DNA from: Bdellovibrionota bacterium
GTDB taxonomy: Bacteria; Bdellovibrionota_G; JALEGL01; DATDPG01
DNA length: 64,000 bases
Reading direction: 5' to 3'
NCBI GenBank assembly: GCA_963668355.1
Contig: OY764265.1
Coordinates: 2,336,001-2,400,000 of the forward strand
The notes under the pieces were generated by a model. That model ran no database searches, was not told where the DNA came from, and was given only the letters and a program-made list of their open reading frames with translations. Positions within the stretch are counted from its first letter, which is position 1; every line of letters begins with the position of its first letter. The position numbers were made by a program, and so were the translations under genes. This document shows positions 40,884 through 52,000 of the stretch, in pieces.

Positions 40884-41393
40884 ATGAAGTCATATCGTCT
40901 GCTCTGTGTCCTGGGTTGTTTATGTGTTTCATGGCTAGGAGCTTCCTCTGCCAAGGCTGCGGGAGGCTACCTCGATTACAAGCCTTTCAGTGCACGACTT
41001 GGAGTAGGGGCAAACTTTGGCCCGAATTCCTTTCTCGTTTTGGGCGGGGTCGAGGGGCATATTGATCGGTTTTTTTCGCTTGGGCCGCAATTTCAAGCGG
41101 GATTCAGTTCTTCGACCAAGCTTTACATTACCACCCTTGAGGGACGGTATACGCTTCCCCTCCATTCCATGATGGAGAGGGCCAAGCTTTCCATGCATGG
41201 CGGTGCCGGGCTAATTGTTCGGGACTTTCAAGGATTTCAATTCAATGATTTTGTGTTCTCAACGGGTGTCGATTTCGATTATTTTGTGATCGAAGGAGTC
41301 ACGGTTGGTCTCGGTGGAATACTCAACATCACAGGAAACTCAAATGAGCGATTCATTACGTCCGTCATGGGTTCCTGTGCGTATCATTTTTAA
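40884..41393 (+). CDS. Small outer-membrane beta-barrel protein
   Basis: Signal peptide; alternating amphipathic strands; C-terminal Y-x-F. Confidence 0.7.
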   Translation: MKSYRLLCVLGCLCVSWLGASSAKAAGGYLDYKPFSARLGVGANFGPNSFLVLGGVEGHIDRFFSLGPQFQAGFSSSTKLYITTLEGRYTLPLHSMMERAKLSMHGGAGLIVRDFQGFQFNDFVFSTGVDFDYFVIEGVTVGLGGILNITGNSNERFITSVMGSCAYHF

Positions 41394-41413
41394 GACAAAC
41401 GGAGGAAAGAATT

Positions 41414-42199
41414 GTGAAAATTGGTGTGTGTATCAAACAGGTTCCTGACACGGCTGCAAAAATCAGTGTGAATGGAGATGGCTCTGGAATTGTGGAAGAG
41501 GGCATTAAATTTGTCATGAGCCCTTATGATGAGTACGCCGTGGAAGAAGCATTGCTCACCAAAGAAAAGATTTCGGGGAGTGAGGTGGTTGCTTTTTCGG
41601 TGGGTCCCAAACGGGTTCAAGAGGCCCTTCGGAGTGCTTTGGCAATGGGGTGTGATCAAGCGGTTCACATCAATACCGAAGGGCAGGATTCGATCGATGC
41701 ATTGGCTACGGCCAAAGCCTTGGCTTCCCAAGTAACGTCACAGGGCGTGGGTCTGTTGTTTACGGGAAAACAAGCTGCGGATCATGATCACGCGCAAGTT
41801 AGTCAAATGTTAGCTGAACTCTTGACCTGGCCCCACGTGACTGTGGTTAGCAAGTTTGAGTTGAATGGCGAAACCGGAGCCAAAGTCGAACGAGATGTTG
41901 AAGGTGGAAGCAAGCAGGTTTGGGAAGTTGAATTTCCTGCCGTTTTGGCAGCGAACAAGGGGCTAAACGAACCTCGGTACGCATCCTTAAAAGGAATCAT
42001 GCAGGCGAAAAAGAAACCGATGAACGAAGTTCCTGTGGCAGACGCCGTTGAAGGTCCAGATGCTTTGAACGCCAAAGTCAAACTGGAAAACTTTCGTGTG
42101 CCACCTGCTCGAAAAGCGGGGAAAGTCTTCAAAGATGATCCCAAGGCAGCGGCAAAAGAAGTGGCGCGACTGTTGCGTGAAGAGGCAAAAGTCATCTAA
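41414..42199 (+). CDS. etfB: Electron transfer flavoprotein beta subunit
   Basis: KQVPD; PYDEYAVEEA; GKQAAD; NEPRY. Confidence 0.95.
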   Translation: MKIGVCIKQVPDTAAKISVNGDGSGIVEEGIKFVMSPYDEYAVEEALLTKEKISGSEVVAFSVGPKRVQEALRSALAMGCDQAVHINTEGQDSIDALATAKALASQVTSQGVGLLFTGKQAADHDHAQVSQMLAELLTWPHVTVVSKFELNGETGAKVERDVEGGSKQVWEVEFPAVLAANKGLNEPRYASLKGIMQAKKKPMNEVPVADAVEGPDALNAKVKLENFRVPPARKAGKVFKDDPKAAAKEVARLLREEAKVI

Positions 42200-42211
42200 G
42201 GGGAGAGCGAA

Positions 42212-43198
42212 ATGGCAAATGATATTTTAGTATTGGTTGAATCGGTAAATGGAAAACTTAAAGGCTCTTCGTGTGAATTGTTGAGTGAGGCCAAGAATCT
42301 CTCCGGAACCCTGGGTGGGGTGGTAAATGCAATAATCATCGGCGAAGGCGTTTCTTCCGCTGGTGAGCAAGCCGGAGAGTTTGGAGCGGAAAAAACGTTT
42401 GTGGCGGATGCGCCTGAATTCAAAGACTATAATCCCGAGAGATATGCGGCCGTTCTGGAAGAAGCCTTCAAAGCTTCTCAACCTGCAGTGATTTTGGGAA
42501 CCGCGAGCTCCATGGGTCGAGACTTGATGCCCCGAGTGGCAGCCAAGTTGGATACGGGGATGATTTCAGAGGGGATCGCCGTGCTATGTAGGGAAGGGCG
42601 GATTGTTGTGACACGACCCTTATATGCTGGAAAATGTCTGGCGGATGTTGTTATTCCGGAAGCCAATCCCCAAATCATTACCTGCAGGCCCAACGTGTTT
42701 GAAGTTGCCAAACCTGAGAGCGGAAAGAAAGCCGCTTTGGAAAAGGTGGGAGATGCCTCGAAAATTGAGAGCCGAGCCAAAATTGTGGAAGTCATTGGGA
42801 GCAAGAGTGATCGCCCCGATTTGACCGAAGCTGGCATCATTGTTTCGGCGGGCCGTCCTATCAAAAGCGAAGAAAACTTCAAAATCATGAACGAATTGGC
42901 AGATGTGATGGGAGCTGCTGTGGGAGCCTCAAGGGCCGCAGTTGATGCAGGCTTTGCGCCTCATGCCATTCAGGTTGGACAGACGGGAAAAACCGTAAAC
43001 CCCAGTCTCTACTTTGCGTTTGGAATTTCAGGTGCCATCCAGCATCTTGCAGGAATGAGGACTTCGAAAGTGATTGTGGCCATCAATACAGATCCTGAAG
43101 CCCCAATTTTTCAGGTTGCGGACTATGGAATTGTAGGAGATCTTTTTGAGGTGGCTCCAGCGCTGACGGAAGAAATCAAAACTTTGGTTAAGGAATAA
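42212..43198 (+). CDS. etfA: Electron transfer flavoprotein alpha subunit
   Basis: [28 protein letters not shown]. Confidence 0.95.
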   Translation: MANDILVLVESVNGKLKGSSCELLSEAKNLSGTLGGVVNAIIIGEGVSSAGEQAGEFGAEKTFVADAPEFKDYNPERYAAVLEEAFKASQPAVILGTASSMGRDLMPRVAAKLDTGMISEGIAVLCREGRIVVTRPLYAGKCLADVVIPEANPQIITCRPNVFEVAKPESGKKAALEKVGDASKIESRAKIVEVIGSKSDRPDLTEAGIIVSAGRPIKSEENFKIMNELADVMGAAVGASRAAVDAGFAPHAIQVGQTGKTVNPSLYFAFGISGAIQHLAGMRTSKVIVAINTDPEAPIFQVADYGIVGDLFEVAPALTEEIKTLVKE

Positions 43199-43200
43199 CT

Positions 43201-43569
43201 GTGAACGATCAACCCACAAAAGAGCGTCGTAGAAGTAAACGTGTTCCGATCCAAATGAAACTTTCTTTCACGTTCAATGGAAAGCCTCACGAAGGCGTAA
43301 CAGAAAACGTGAGTACAGGAGGTTTTTTCGTTCGTTTGCCGGCGATCTTACCTATCGGAGCTAATATTCCTTTTTCGTTGTCTCATGAAAAGATGAAGAA
43401 TCCATTCAAGGTGGTTGGAAAAGTCGTGCATTTGAAGACCAGTGTTGAAGAGGAAGATGTGGGGATCGGTGTTCAACTTCAGCAATTTGGAAAGGATCAA
43501 GAAGAGAATTTTGATGCGTACCGCAAGGTTCTTTCCGATTGGATTGCAGAGCACAGCGAAGACGATTGA
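43201..43569 (+). CDS. Stand-alone PilZ domain protein
   Basis: RRSKR (RxxxR) and NVSTGG. Confidence 0.88.
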   Translation: MNDQPTKERRRSKRVPIQMKLSFTFNGKPHEGVTENVSTGGFFVRLPAILPIGANIPFSLSHEKMKNPFKVVGKVVHLKTSVEEEDVGIGVQLQQFGKDQEENFDAYRKVLSDWIAEHSEDD

Positions 43570-43576
43570 TCGCGAC

Positions 43577-45046
43577 TTAAGAGGCTGTCGGAAAAAGGAT
43601 GGGCAAAGGATTTAGCCCATATTTGTTGGGGTCCAGGGTCTTGTGAATGGTTCTGTTTTGTGTGTCTTGGGACAAGTCCACTTCTGTGGGTTGCTGTAGC
43701 TTGGTTCCGTTTGCATCATAAATGCACCGAACTTTTGGCATTTTTGGATGAGGTCTTGATTTTCCAGAATTCACAACAACCGCAACTTCCTTGGATGTGA
43801 GCAAGACAACCGTCCCCGGGGGATAAGGGGTGACGACAGAAACAAAGACCCGAAAAACAGATGGGTCAAACTTGCTTCCCTCATCCTTGGCCAGGATTTT
43901 GATGGCTTCGTGGGGAAGCAGGGCGTCTCGATAACTCTGAGCGGTGGTCATCGCATCGAAACAATGTGCGATGGAGACGATTCGGGAGAGCAGAGTAGGT
44001 CGGCGAGATGAGGAGCCTTGTTCGAACGCCAAGGTGTGTTCATAGGCGACCAGCATCCTTCTCAAAGCCGACTCGTTAAAGCCTTTTAGTCGAATAAGCT
44101 GCATCAGAGAGTATGTATTGCTCTTTCTCAATTGAGCCCAATCTTCTTCGCTCAGAGGGACCTTCTTATCCAATATATCTTCCGAGATTTGTACTTTTCC
44201 GATGTCGTGGAGAAGCGCAGAGGCACCCAAATCAGAAAGTTTATGTTTGTTCAATCCCAACTCCCTTCCAACCAAAAGAGACAGAAGGGCGACATTCACC
44301 GAATGATAAGACAAATAATCTTCTTTAGATCGAATGGATGCCAGTCCGAGAATATTGTTGGTTTCGTCCCCCATGGCGTCAATGAACTCGTGAATACAAC
44401 GTTGGAGTCGACTGACAGAGCCCAGTTCACCTTGTTCCAGTTGCGTGATGAAGTCCTGTAAGAATAAAACAGTTTTTAAATACAGCCGCATCAAATAGTG
44501 AGGGTCGGCCAAGGTTTGCACAGATATGACGCGTTTTTCTGTTTCTGAAAGTTTTCCAATGGGAACCACGGAAATTTGATTGACGCGGAGATGCCCGAGC
44601 CAGTTGGGCTCATCGGCGTTTTTTGAACTGCCAAGGGACTTTCCGAGAAATGTTTGAATCTCTTCAATATTGGGCGGAGTTTCAAAACGAAATCCTGAAA
44701 TTTGATATTCCTTAAAGAAAGCTGAAAGAAACCGAAAGTTTTCAAACGAAGAAAAATCGGGTTTTAGCAAGGTGCGGTTTAAATAGAACGAATCCCCAAC
44801 CGAGACGATTGCAACTTCTTGGGTCAAAGCGAATACCGCGTCCAAGACCTGTTTGAGAGCTTCGATGGACGCTAACACGGCGTTATTTTTTAAATCGTGA
44901 ACCCGACCATTTCGCATCATCATGAAGATGCGATTGACCAATTCCTTGCCACATTGTTGAAAACGAACCTCAGGGTCCGAATCCAATCCAGATTCAAAGA
45001 CATTCTTTAGAACGGATTCGGTGTTGGGGGGCGAATCATTACTCAT
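43577..45046 (-). CDS. HD-GYP-like protein (degenerate)
   Basis: YHSVNV; LLHDIGK; FDAMT; KFDP; YPPGT. SD AAGGAG and ATGA overlap at 45046. Confidence 0.85.
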   Translation of the reverse strand: MSNDSPPNTESVLKNVFESGLDSDPEVRFQQCGKELVNRIFMMMRNGRVHDLKNNAVLASIEALKQVLDAVFALTQEVAIVSVGDSFYLNRTLLKPDFSSFENFRFLSAFFKEYQISGFRFETPPNIEEIQTFLGKSLGSSKNADEPNWLGHLRVNQISVVPIGKLSETEKRVISVQTLADPHYLMRLYLKTVLFLQDFITQLEQGELGSVSRLQRCIHEFIDAMGDETNNILGLASIRSKEDYLSYHSVNVALLSLLVGRELGLNKHKLSDLGASALLHDIGKVQISEDILDKKVPLSEEDWAQLRKSNTYSLMQLIRLKGFNESALRRMLVAYEHTLAFEQGSSSRRPTLLSRIVSIAHCFDAMTTAQSYRDALLPHEAIKILAKDEGSKFDPSVFRVFVSVVTPYPPGTVVLLTSKEVAVVVNSGKSRPHPKMPKVRCIYDANGTKLQQPTEVDLSQDTQNRTIHKTLDPNKYGLNPLPILFPTAS

Positions 45047-46782
45047 GCCGAACTCCTTGAGGTCCACTTCTTCAACGCAAGCTGACACGCCTCTTTCACA
45101 TTCGCAGGCGTGAGTGTGCGATCTCGCTCTTTTTCGATGGCCTTTTTTGCTTTCTCTGTCCCCAGCGCATGGAGAGCCCAAATGGCTGCGATGGTTTTCT
45201 CTTGGGCCTTTTCTGTTCGACTTAAAACGCTACCGAGTTGGTCTTCGAAATACCCCATCAACTGCGTGCCACCAAGGCGGACAAGCGCAAGGTAGAAAAA
45301 TCGTTTTTCATCTCCATCTCGTTCGCTGAATTCAGGACGTTCCACCAATTCGAAGATTTTTTTCGAAGCCTTGCGATTTCGGGTTTCGACGATGAATTGA
45401 AGTGCTCGAAGTCGAACATTTTTGTTGGAATCGACCAAACCGGAAAAGAGAATGGAAAGCCCTTGTTCTTGCTCTGCCTTCGCCAAAAGATCCAACGTGA
45501 AAATGCGTACTGAGGGATCTTTATGGGAAAAACCTCGACGAATTTGATGGATGGTTTGATTCACTCCCATGGTGGCCAGGAGGCGCAGGATGTCTATGGC
45601 AATGTCGGGAGGAGAGGATCGAAGGGCCTGGCTAAAAGAACCTGACAACTTGGGCCCATGGTTGGCAAGAAGAGGAATGAGGTGTTCTCGTGTTTGACGA
45701 TCGGTAGATTCTTTAAACCATTCAAACAATAGGGGAACTGAGGTGGAGCCCAGAGAATGTAAAAAAGGTTCAATTCCGGTCAATTCATTCCATTTTGATT
45801 GTTTGAGGTCTTCCAGGGTTTTCTTGATCGTTTCAGAAGAATTCAACGTTTGAAACAATTCCAACATGAATTTGGCGTTTGTACCCGAGGGATTGTTCTT
45901 GGGATCCGAAAGTTGAGATAGCTTTGAAAACACCTTCGCGGCCAGTTGGAACCGCCCAAGTCGAATCAGGGATTCGGTGAGTTTCTGAACCACCGTCGCG
46001 ACGTCTCGAAAATCATTTTCCTTTTCTTCTCCCAACAAAACTCGAAAAAGGACCAGGAGCATCCGTTGAATCATGACATCATTTTCATCGGACATTGTGG
46101 ACGCGAGGGAATGAACACCTTCGGAATCCATTTCAATGGATGAGATGTCATAATCGGGAAGTTGTTTGATCATTTCCGCATCTTGTCTCTTGATTCGCCT
46201 TCGAGTGACCGGGTTGAGTTGGCCCAGGCGATCAGCAATGGAAGAGGGACCCTGTGTTTCCATGTGAATTTGGGTCATTCGACTCAAGGTAACTTCCATG
46301 TCTTCGGTTTCTTTTCCACTCTCAATGAACGTTTCCACAACGATGTAAGAAATATTTTTGAAGTTGGCTTTCCAAAGCAAGGTCACGATGTCATCGTCAC
46401 AAAATTCGTAGGAGTTGAAATCGGTTCTCAGAATGCGAATGAAATCCAGAAGTTCATCTCGCGCCAATCCATAGTGGAATGTTAGAAAGCGCAGACCATC
46501 CTGATGAAGTCGAAAAGAAATATTCTCTTGCTTATCTTCGTTGTGGTAGACCGGCTCCTCTGTAAAAAGGAATTCGTAAGGTTTGACGGCGAGGGCGAAC
46601 TCATTTTGAGTGTCGAGAATATGGCAAGTGCTTTCAAAAAGGCGGTCCTCAAATTGATGAATGGTGGCGTGACCCGGAGAATACATGCGATGGGCGCGGA
46701 GAAGCTTTTCCAGAATCTGAAACCATTCGACAGCCGGCTGAAGAATGGCCTGTAGTTCTGGGTTGGGCTTTTGGGTGGCCAT
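45043..46782 (-). CDS. HEAT-repeat protein
   Basis: C-terminal repeats (HKDPSVRIF, DSNKNVRLRA); N-terminal YSPGH motif; translationally coupled to the HD-GYP gene. Confidence 0.78.
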   Translation of the reverse strand: MATQKPNPELQAILQPAVEWFQILEKLLRAHRMYSPGHATIHQFEDRLFESTCHILDTQNEFALAVKPYEFLFTEEPVYHNEDKQENISFRLHQDGLRFLTFHYGLARDELLDFIRILRTDFNSYEFCDDDIVTLLWKANFKNISYIVVETFIESGKETEDMEVTLSRMTQIHMETQGPSSIADRLGQLNPVTRRRIKRQDAEMIKQLPDYDISSIEMDSEGVHSLASTMSDENDVMIQRMLLVLFRVLLGEEKENDFRDVATVVQKLTESLIRLGRFQLAAKVFSKLSQLSDPKNNPSGTNAKFMLELFQTLNSSETIKKTLEDLKQSKWNELTGIEPFLHSLGSTSVPLLFEWFKESTDRQTREHLIPLLANHGPKLSGSFSQALRSSPPDIAIDILRLLATMGVNQTIHQIRRGFSHKDPSVRIFTLDLLAKAEQEQGLSILFSGLVDSNKNVRLRALQFIVETRNRKASKKIFELVERPEFSERDGDEKRFFYLALVRLGGTQLMGYFEDQLGSVLSRTEKAQEKTIAAIWALHALGTEKAKKAIEKERDRTLTPANVKEACQLALKKWTSRSSA

Positions 46783-46867
46783 AGTGGTGATTTAATAGTT
46801 TAAGCGGAATTTAAAAAAACTCAATTACTTCAAGAGGTTAACGGTCATTTTTTCTTCCCCCACGGCT

Positions 46868-46895
46868 CTTGACAGGGAGGGGGAAGTGCCTATCT
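46868..46895 (+). promoter_or_regulatory. RpoH (sigma32)-type heat-shock promoter of dnaK
   Basis: CTTG-N17-CCTATCT matches the CTTG-N17-CYTATNT consensus; it also contains TTGACA. Confidence 0.6.
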
Positions 46896-46958
46896 ACACC
46901 CTGCGCCGCTTTTGAGGGCGGCAAATCGTGTTTAATGTTGAATTAGGAGATTGAAATC

Positions 46959-48872
46959 ATGGGGAAAATAATTGGAATTGATTTGGGAACCACCAACTCA
47001 GTTGTGGCGGTTCTGGATGGTGATGATCCAAGAGTGATCACCAACGAAGAGGGAGGGCGAACGACCCCTTCCGTTGTAGGCTTTTTAAAAGATGGAGGCC
47101 GTGCGGTGGGTCAGGTGGCCAAGCGCCAAGCGGTGACGAATCCTGAAAAAACGATTTCGTCCATCAAGCGATTTATGGGTCGTCGGTTTTCGGAAGTCGA
47201 GTCTGAAACCAAAACGGTTCCTTATAAAGTGGTCTCGGATGGTAGCGGAAATGCCGTAGTTGAAATCGATGGCAAGCACTATGCTCCGCCAGAGATTTCT
47301 GCCATGACGTTGAAAAAATTGAAAAAAGCCGCAGAAGATTTTTTGGGAGAGCCTGTGACGGAAGCGGTCATTACTGTTCCCGCATATTTCAATGACTCTC
47401 AACGTCAAGCCACGAAAGACGCGGGGAAGATTGCAGGTTTGGAAGTTAAACGAATCATCAATGAGCCCACGGCAGCTGCGCTCGCCTATGGAATGGACAA
47501 GAAGAAAGACCAACTCGTTGCCGTGTATGACTTTGGTGGAGGTACGTTTGACGTATCCATTCTAGAAGTGGGCGATAAGGTTGTGGAAGTGAAGGCCACC
47601 AATGGAGACACACATCTGGGTGGTGATGACATTGACCAGATGATCATCGATTGGTTGGTCAGTGAATTTAAGAAAGATCAAGGCATTGATATTTCCAGCG
47701 ACAAGATGGTCGTTCAACGACTGAAAGAAGCTGCCGAAAAAGCCAAAATTGAGCTTTCCTCTGTGCAAGAAACTGAAATTAATCTTCCGTTCCTAACGGC
47801 AGACGCTTCGGGGCCTAAGCATCTCAACGTAAAACTCTCTCGCTCTCAATTTGAGAAAATTGTGGGGGACATGTTGGAGCGAACCAAAAGGCCATGTGAG
47901 GCGGCGATGAGGGATGCTGGAGTGTCGGCCTCGGATATTTCTGAGGTCATTATGGTTGGTGGATCGACACGAATTCCTTATGTACAGAACCTCGTAAAAT
48001 CCTTGTTTGGACGTGAAGGCTCCAAAACCGTTAACCCTGACGAAGTGGTGGCTTCGGGTGCTGCTGTGCAGGGTGGTGTTTTGGCTGGAGATGTGAAAGA
48101 CGTCCTTCTCCTTGATGTCACCCCACTTTCTTTGGGAATTGAAACCCTTGGTGGAGTGATGACTAAGTTGATCGAACGAAACTCCACGATTCCCATTAAA
48201 AAGTCAGAGGTGTTTTCTACGGCTGCAGACAATCAAACATCTGTTGAGGTGCATGTTCTTCAAGGGGAACGAGAAATGGCCGGAGGAAATCGAACCTTGG
48301 GACGTTTCCAATTGCAGGATATTCCGGCAGCTCCCAGAGGAATTCCTCAAATCGAAGTGACGTTTGATATTGATGCAAACGGGATCGTGAATGTTTCAGC
48401 CAAGGATAAGGCGACAGGGAAGGAACAAAAGATCACGATCACCACTTCTTCGGGAATTTCAGATGATGACATCAATCGCATGGTCAAAGATTCCGAGCTA
48501 CATGCTGAAGAAGATAAGAAGCAGAAAGAACAAGTTGAGGTTCGAAACCAACTCGACTCTTTGATTTACAACACCGAAAAGTTGATGAAAGAGAACAAAG
48601 ATAAAATTGGCGATGCTGGCAAGCCTGTCGAGGAAGCTTTGGTCTCAGCCAAAAAAGGCCTGGAATCCGGGGATCTTGCTCAGATGAAGCAGGAGTTGGA
48701 GAAGTTAACCCAAGCTTCTCACAAAATGGCGGAAGTCATGTACAAATCTTCGGGACAAGCGGGGGCCCAGGCTTCTCCTTCTCCGGAGACGCCCAACACT
48801 CCTCCTGAGGGAGGAGCTGGACAAGGCGGAGATGATGTCATTGACGCCGAGTATAAAGATGTAAATACCTAA
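46959..48872 (+). CDS. dnaK: Chaperone DnaK (Hsp70)
   Basis: [39 protein letters not shown]. Confidence 0.98.
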   Translation: MGKIIGIDLGTTNSVVAVLDGDDPRVITNEEGGRTTPSVVGFLKDGGRAVGQVAKRQAVTNPEKTISSIKRFMGRRFSEVESETKTVPYKVVSDGSGNAVVEIDGKHYAPPEISAMTLKKLKKAAEDFLGEPVTEAVITVPAYFNDSQRQATKDAGKIAGLEVKRIINEPTAAALAYGMDKKKDQLVAVYDFGGGTFDVSILEVGDKVVEVKATNGDTHLGGDDIDQMIIDWLVSEFKKDQGIDISSDKMVVQRLKEAAEKAKIELSSVQETEINLPFLTADASGPKHLNVKLSRSQFEKIVGDMLERTKRPCEAAMRDAGVSASDISEVIMVGGSTRIPYVQNLVKSLFGREGSKTVNPDEVVASGAAVQGGVLAGDVKDVLLLDVTPLSLGIETLGGVMTKLIERNSTIPIKKSEVFSTAADNQTSVEVHVLQGEREMAGGNRTLGRFQLQDIPAAPRGIPQIEVTFDIDANGIVNVSAKDKATGKEQKITITTSSGISDDDINRMVKDSELHAEEDKKQKEQVEVRNQLDSLIYNTEKLMKENKDKIGDAGKPVEEALVSAKKGLESGDLAQMKQELEKLTQASHKMAEVMYKSSGQAGAQASPSPETPNTPPEGGAGQGGDDVIDAEYKDVNT

Positions 48873-48893
48873 AAAACACGAACCCCCATGATG

Positions 48894-48962
48894 AAAGCCG
48901 GAGTGGATTGGGGGGGCATGTACTCGTTACGTGTCCCCCGGCAAATCCAACTCCGGCTTTTT
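48894..48962 (+). terminator. Long hairpin followed by a T run (terminator-like)
   Basis: AAAGCCGGAG/CTCCGGCTTT outer stem with further inner pairing, 21 bp after the dnaK stop. Confidence 0.65.
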
Positions 48963-49004
48963 CTATGGAAAATGGAAAGAATTCCGTAAACTTGGGGGAA
49001 TCTG

Positions 49005-52000
49005 ATGATCTGCCAACGATGTGAAAATGAAATCTCCCTGCTGGATGTCGCATTTTGTCCTTTCTGTGGGGAGCCCATCTCGATGGCGGCCAAAGGAAAG
49101 CATTTTGCGGTTGTTGCCTGTGGGCATCTGGAAGCTTCGGAAGAGGATCTTGAGTTCTTTTTTTCTTATTTCGGTCAATTGCTAAGAAAACATGGGGGAC
49201 TTTTTCAAGGGTTGGGAAAAGATTTCCTTTTTTTCTTTCAGTCTGAACAATTTGAAGCGGGGCGTCCCATTCGAGCTCTCTCCATGGTTCAGCGCTTGAG
49301 ACAAGAAGCCAAAGCCTATCATCGGGATCGAGGGAGGGCCGTGCAGCTGCGTTTTGGACTTTCCTATGGTGAAGTCTTTGAGCGGGACCATGAAACCTTT
49401 TTGCAGTTGGGTGGTCAAGCAGTTGAAAGAGCCACTCTTTTATGTGATTTATCCGAACAGGAAGAGGTCTGGGTGTCTCAAGATTTCGCAGACCTGTTTG
49501 ACTCCCTCTATCGCTTTGTCCCCATTCCTGTGGATTCGAAGCGTTGGAATTCGGATTGGGGTCAGGTTTTTCGTTTCGAAGGTGGGGAGCCCATTTCTCT
49601 TGAGTGTCGGTTTGTGGGGAGAAACCGAGAGCTCTTGGAATTGGAAACGCGTTTGCAGGGATTGGCCCAGAAGAGAGGCTTTAGAACGCTTCTTTTGGGA
49701 GAGGCGGGGGTTGGAAAGTCCCGCTTGTTAAAGGAATGTGGTCGAAGAGTTCCAAGAGAGATTTTGGTGTTCCAAACCCGCTTTGAACGAACGACCCAAG
49801 TCTTTCCGGGAGTCTTTCAAAGTTTGGCGAAGACCATTTTACCGCTTCTGTCCAAAGGCCCTAACCATTTGCCCATTTCTGGATCCATTTTGATGGACGA
49901 AAAACTTTGGGCTAATTTTAACTACGATCAGGTTAAACAACTGTTTCGTGCCACTCTTCTTAATTTGCTGGAACATCAACCCTGTCTAATTTGTTTTGAA
50001 GATCTTCATTTTGCCGATCGTTCCAGTCTTTGTTTATTGAAAGATCTGATGGAAGATCTTGAAGACTATCCAATGGGTATCTTGGCGACGTCCCGTCAGA
50101 AGTGTCCTTATTTTTCCGACGTGGTTGAGATTTCTCCTTTGAACGAGAAGGAATCCACACGTTTGTTTCAGGAGTGTGGGGGGACGGAAGAGCAAATTGA
50201 ACAGAAATATTTGGATTTCTGTCAGGGAAATCCATTCTTTGTTCAAGAAATGGCGAGGCACTTAGAAAAGGGATTGTCATGGGAAAAGCTCAAAAGTGGA
50301 TCAATTCGCTTGCTCTTGGAAGCCTCATTAAACTCCCTTCCATCGGAGGAAAGGTCTTTTATTGAACTGTTGTCTCTTTACGGAGGTCGGGCCAACCTTA
50401 AAATCTTGTCTCAAATTTTAGGGTGGAATGAAGAAAAGTGTGTGGACATCGCGGATAAAAACACGCTCTGTCTTCGTCAGGGCGAGGATTTTTTCATTCG
50501 CCACGATATGTTGCGAGAGCTGGCCGACGAGCAAATTGAGGCTTTAAAAAAGAAAAAGCTTCACTACGAATTGGCTCAAGTCATGGCTTCCCTTGGCGAG
50601 CCCATTGAAACCGTTGCCCATCACTACTTTCTAAGTGGGGATCCGGAAAAGGGTGCTTCCGCATCTTTAAAGGCCGCCTGGAGATACTTGCATTTGGATG
50701 ATGCTGAAACGGCTGCTCAGTGGCTTTCGAGGGGTAGACGTTTCGCAATCCAAAGAAAGGACTCGGCGCTTCTTTTTGAGGCGGGTGCGATTCAATTTAA
50801 GCTCGAAAGCTTAAGGAGAACGGTTGAGGAGTCTTTGAAGTGGCTGGATGCTTGGAACGAAAAAGAAGGATGGAAAGGAAATGAACGTTCTGAGTTTCAT
50901 TTGCTCAAGGGAGAGTTTCTTTTTGATCGGGGTCGAATTATGGAGGCCCTACAAGAATTGGAGACCGTGGGCGCCAATGAATCTCATCGATCCTTTAAAT
51001 TCATTTTATTGAAGGGAAAGATTTTAGCCAAGGAAGGGAAACACCGAGAGGCCGTGAAACTTTCTCTTCAAGAAATTCGTGAGCCGAGTCGAACAGATGA
51101 AGAAAAAGCAGAGCTGTATTCTCTTCTGGGTTATGTTTCCTTTTTAGATCGTGAATATGACCAAGCTGTAGATTTCTATGAAAAATCATATGTTCACTTC
51201 CAGATGCTGGAACATATGGGGGGAATGTCCAAAGTGGAGCAAAATCTGGGCAATACCGAATTGGCCAGGGGAGAGTTGAATAAAGCTCGAACCACTTTCC
51301 TCAAACTCTGTGAATCGGCTCTTCAGAGAAGTGATCTGTCGTTGTATGCCTCGAATCTATTGCGTTTGGGGTCTGTGAATTTTGACTTGCTTCGTTTGAG
51401 GGAGTCGGAGGCCAATCATAGCCAAGCACTTTCTATTTCCTCTTTGGCTGGAAACAAAGATCTCTATTTTCAAATTTGTTTGTCACAAGCATCTGCTGAA
51501 CGATTCTTTGGAGATTTAAAGCCCGCTATGGAAAAGACCCGCGAGGTTCTGGCTTATAGCCAAAAAACACATCGTGTTTATTTGGAAATTCAAGCAACCC
51601 GCCTGATGGCAAAACATAACTTAGATTTGGGGTGTGCCCAAGAGGCATTGAATTTGCTGGAGACACTCCAGAAGAAGCCCGTGTTTCCCTCTCAAGATCA
51701 ACTCAACCGTATGGCTCGTGTGGAGGCCTTACTTGCTTTGGAGCGAGATTCTGACGCAAGGAAAGAGTTAAAACTCTTTGAAGAAAAATATCCAAAGGAA
51801 AAGCGGTCCATCTTGGCTCAAATGGAATATTTGAGTTGGGTTTGTGTGTTGGAAAAAGGCATTTCCGATGAGCTTCAAACCTATCTCCAATCCAACTCGG
51901 AAACGCTCCCTTTGTATCGTTTGTCGTTGCTAGCAAAGGTTGGAAAGTTTGACCTGGCTTTGGTTCAAGCTAAAGGCAAGAATATCGTAAGCCGAATTGA

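Noticed and set aside
47085..48232. Antisense ORFs opposite dnaK
   Set aside because: Typical shadow frames of a highly conserved gene; no independent coding evidence.
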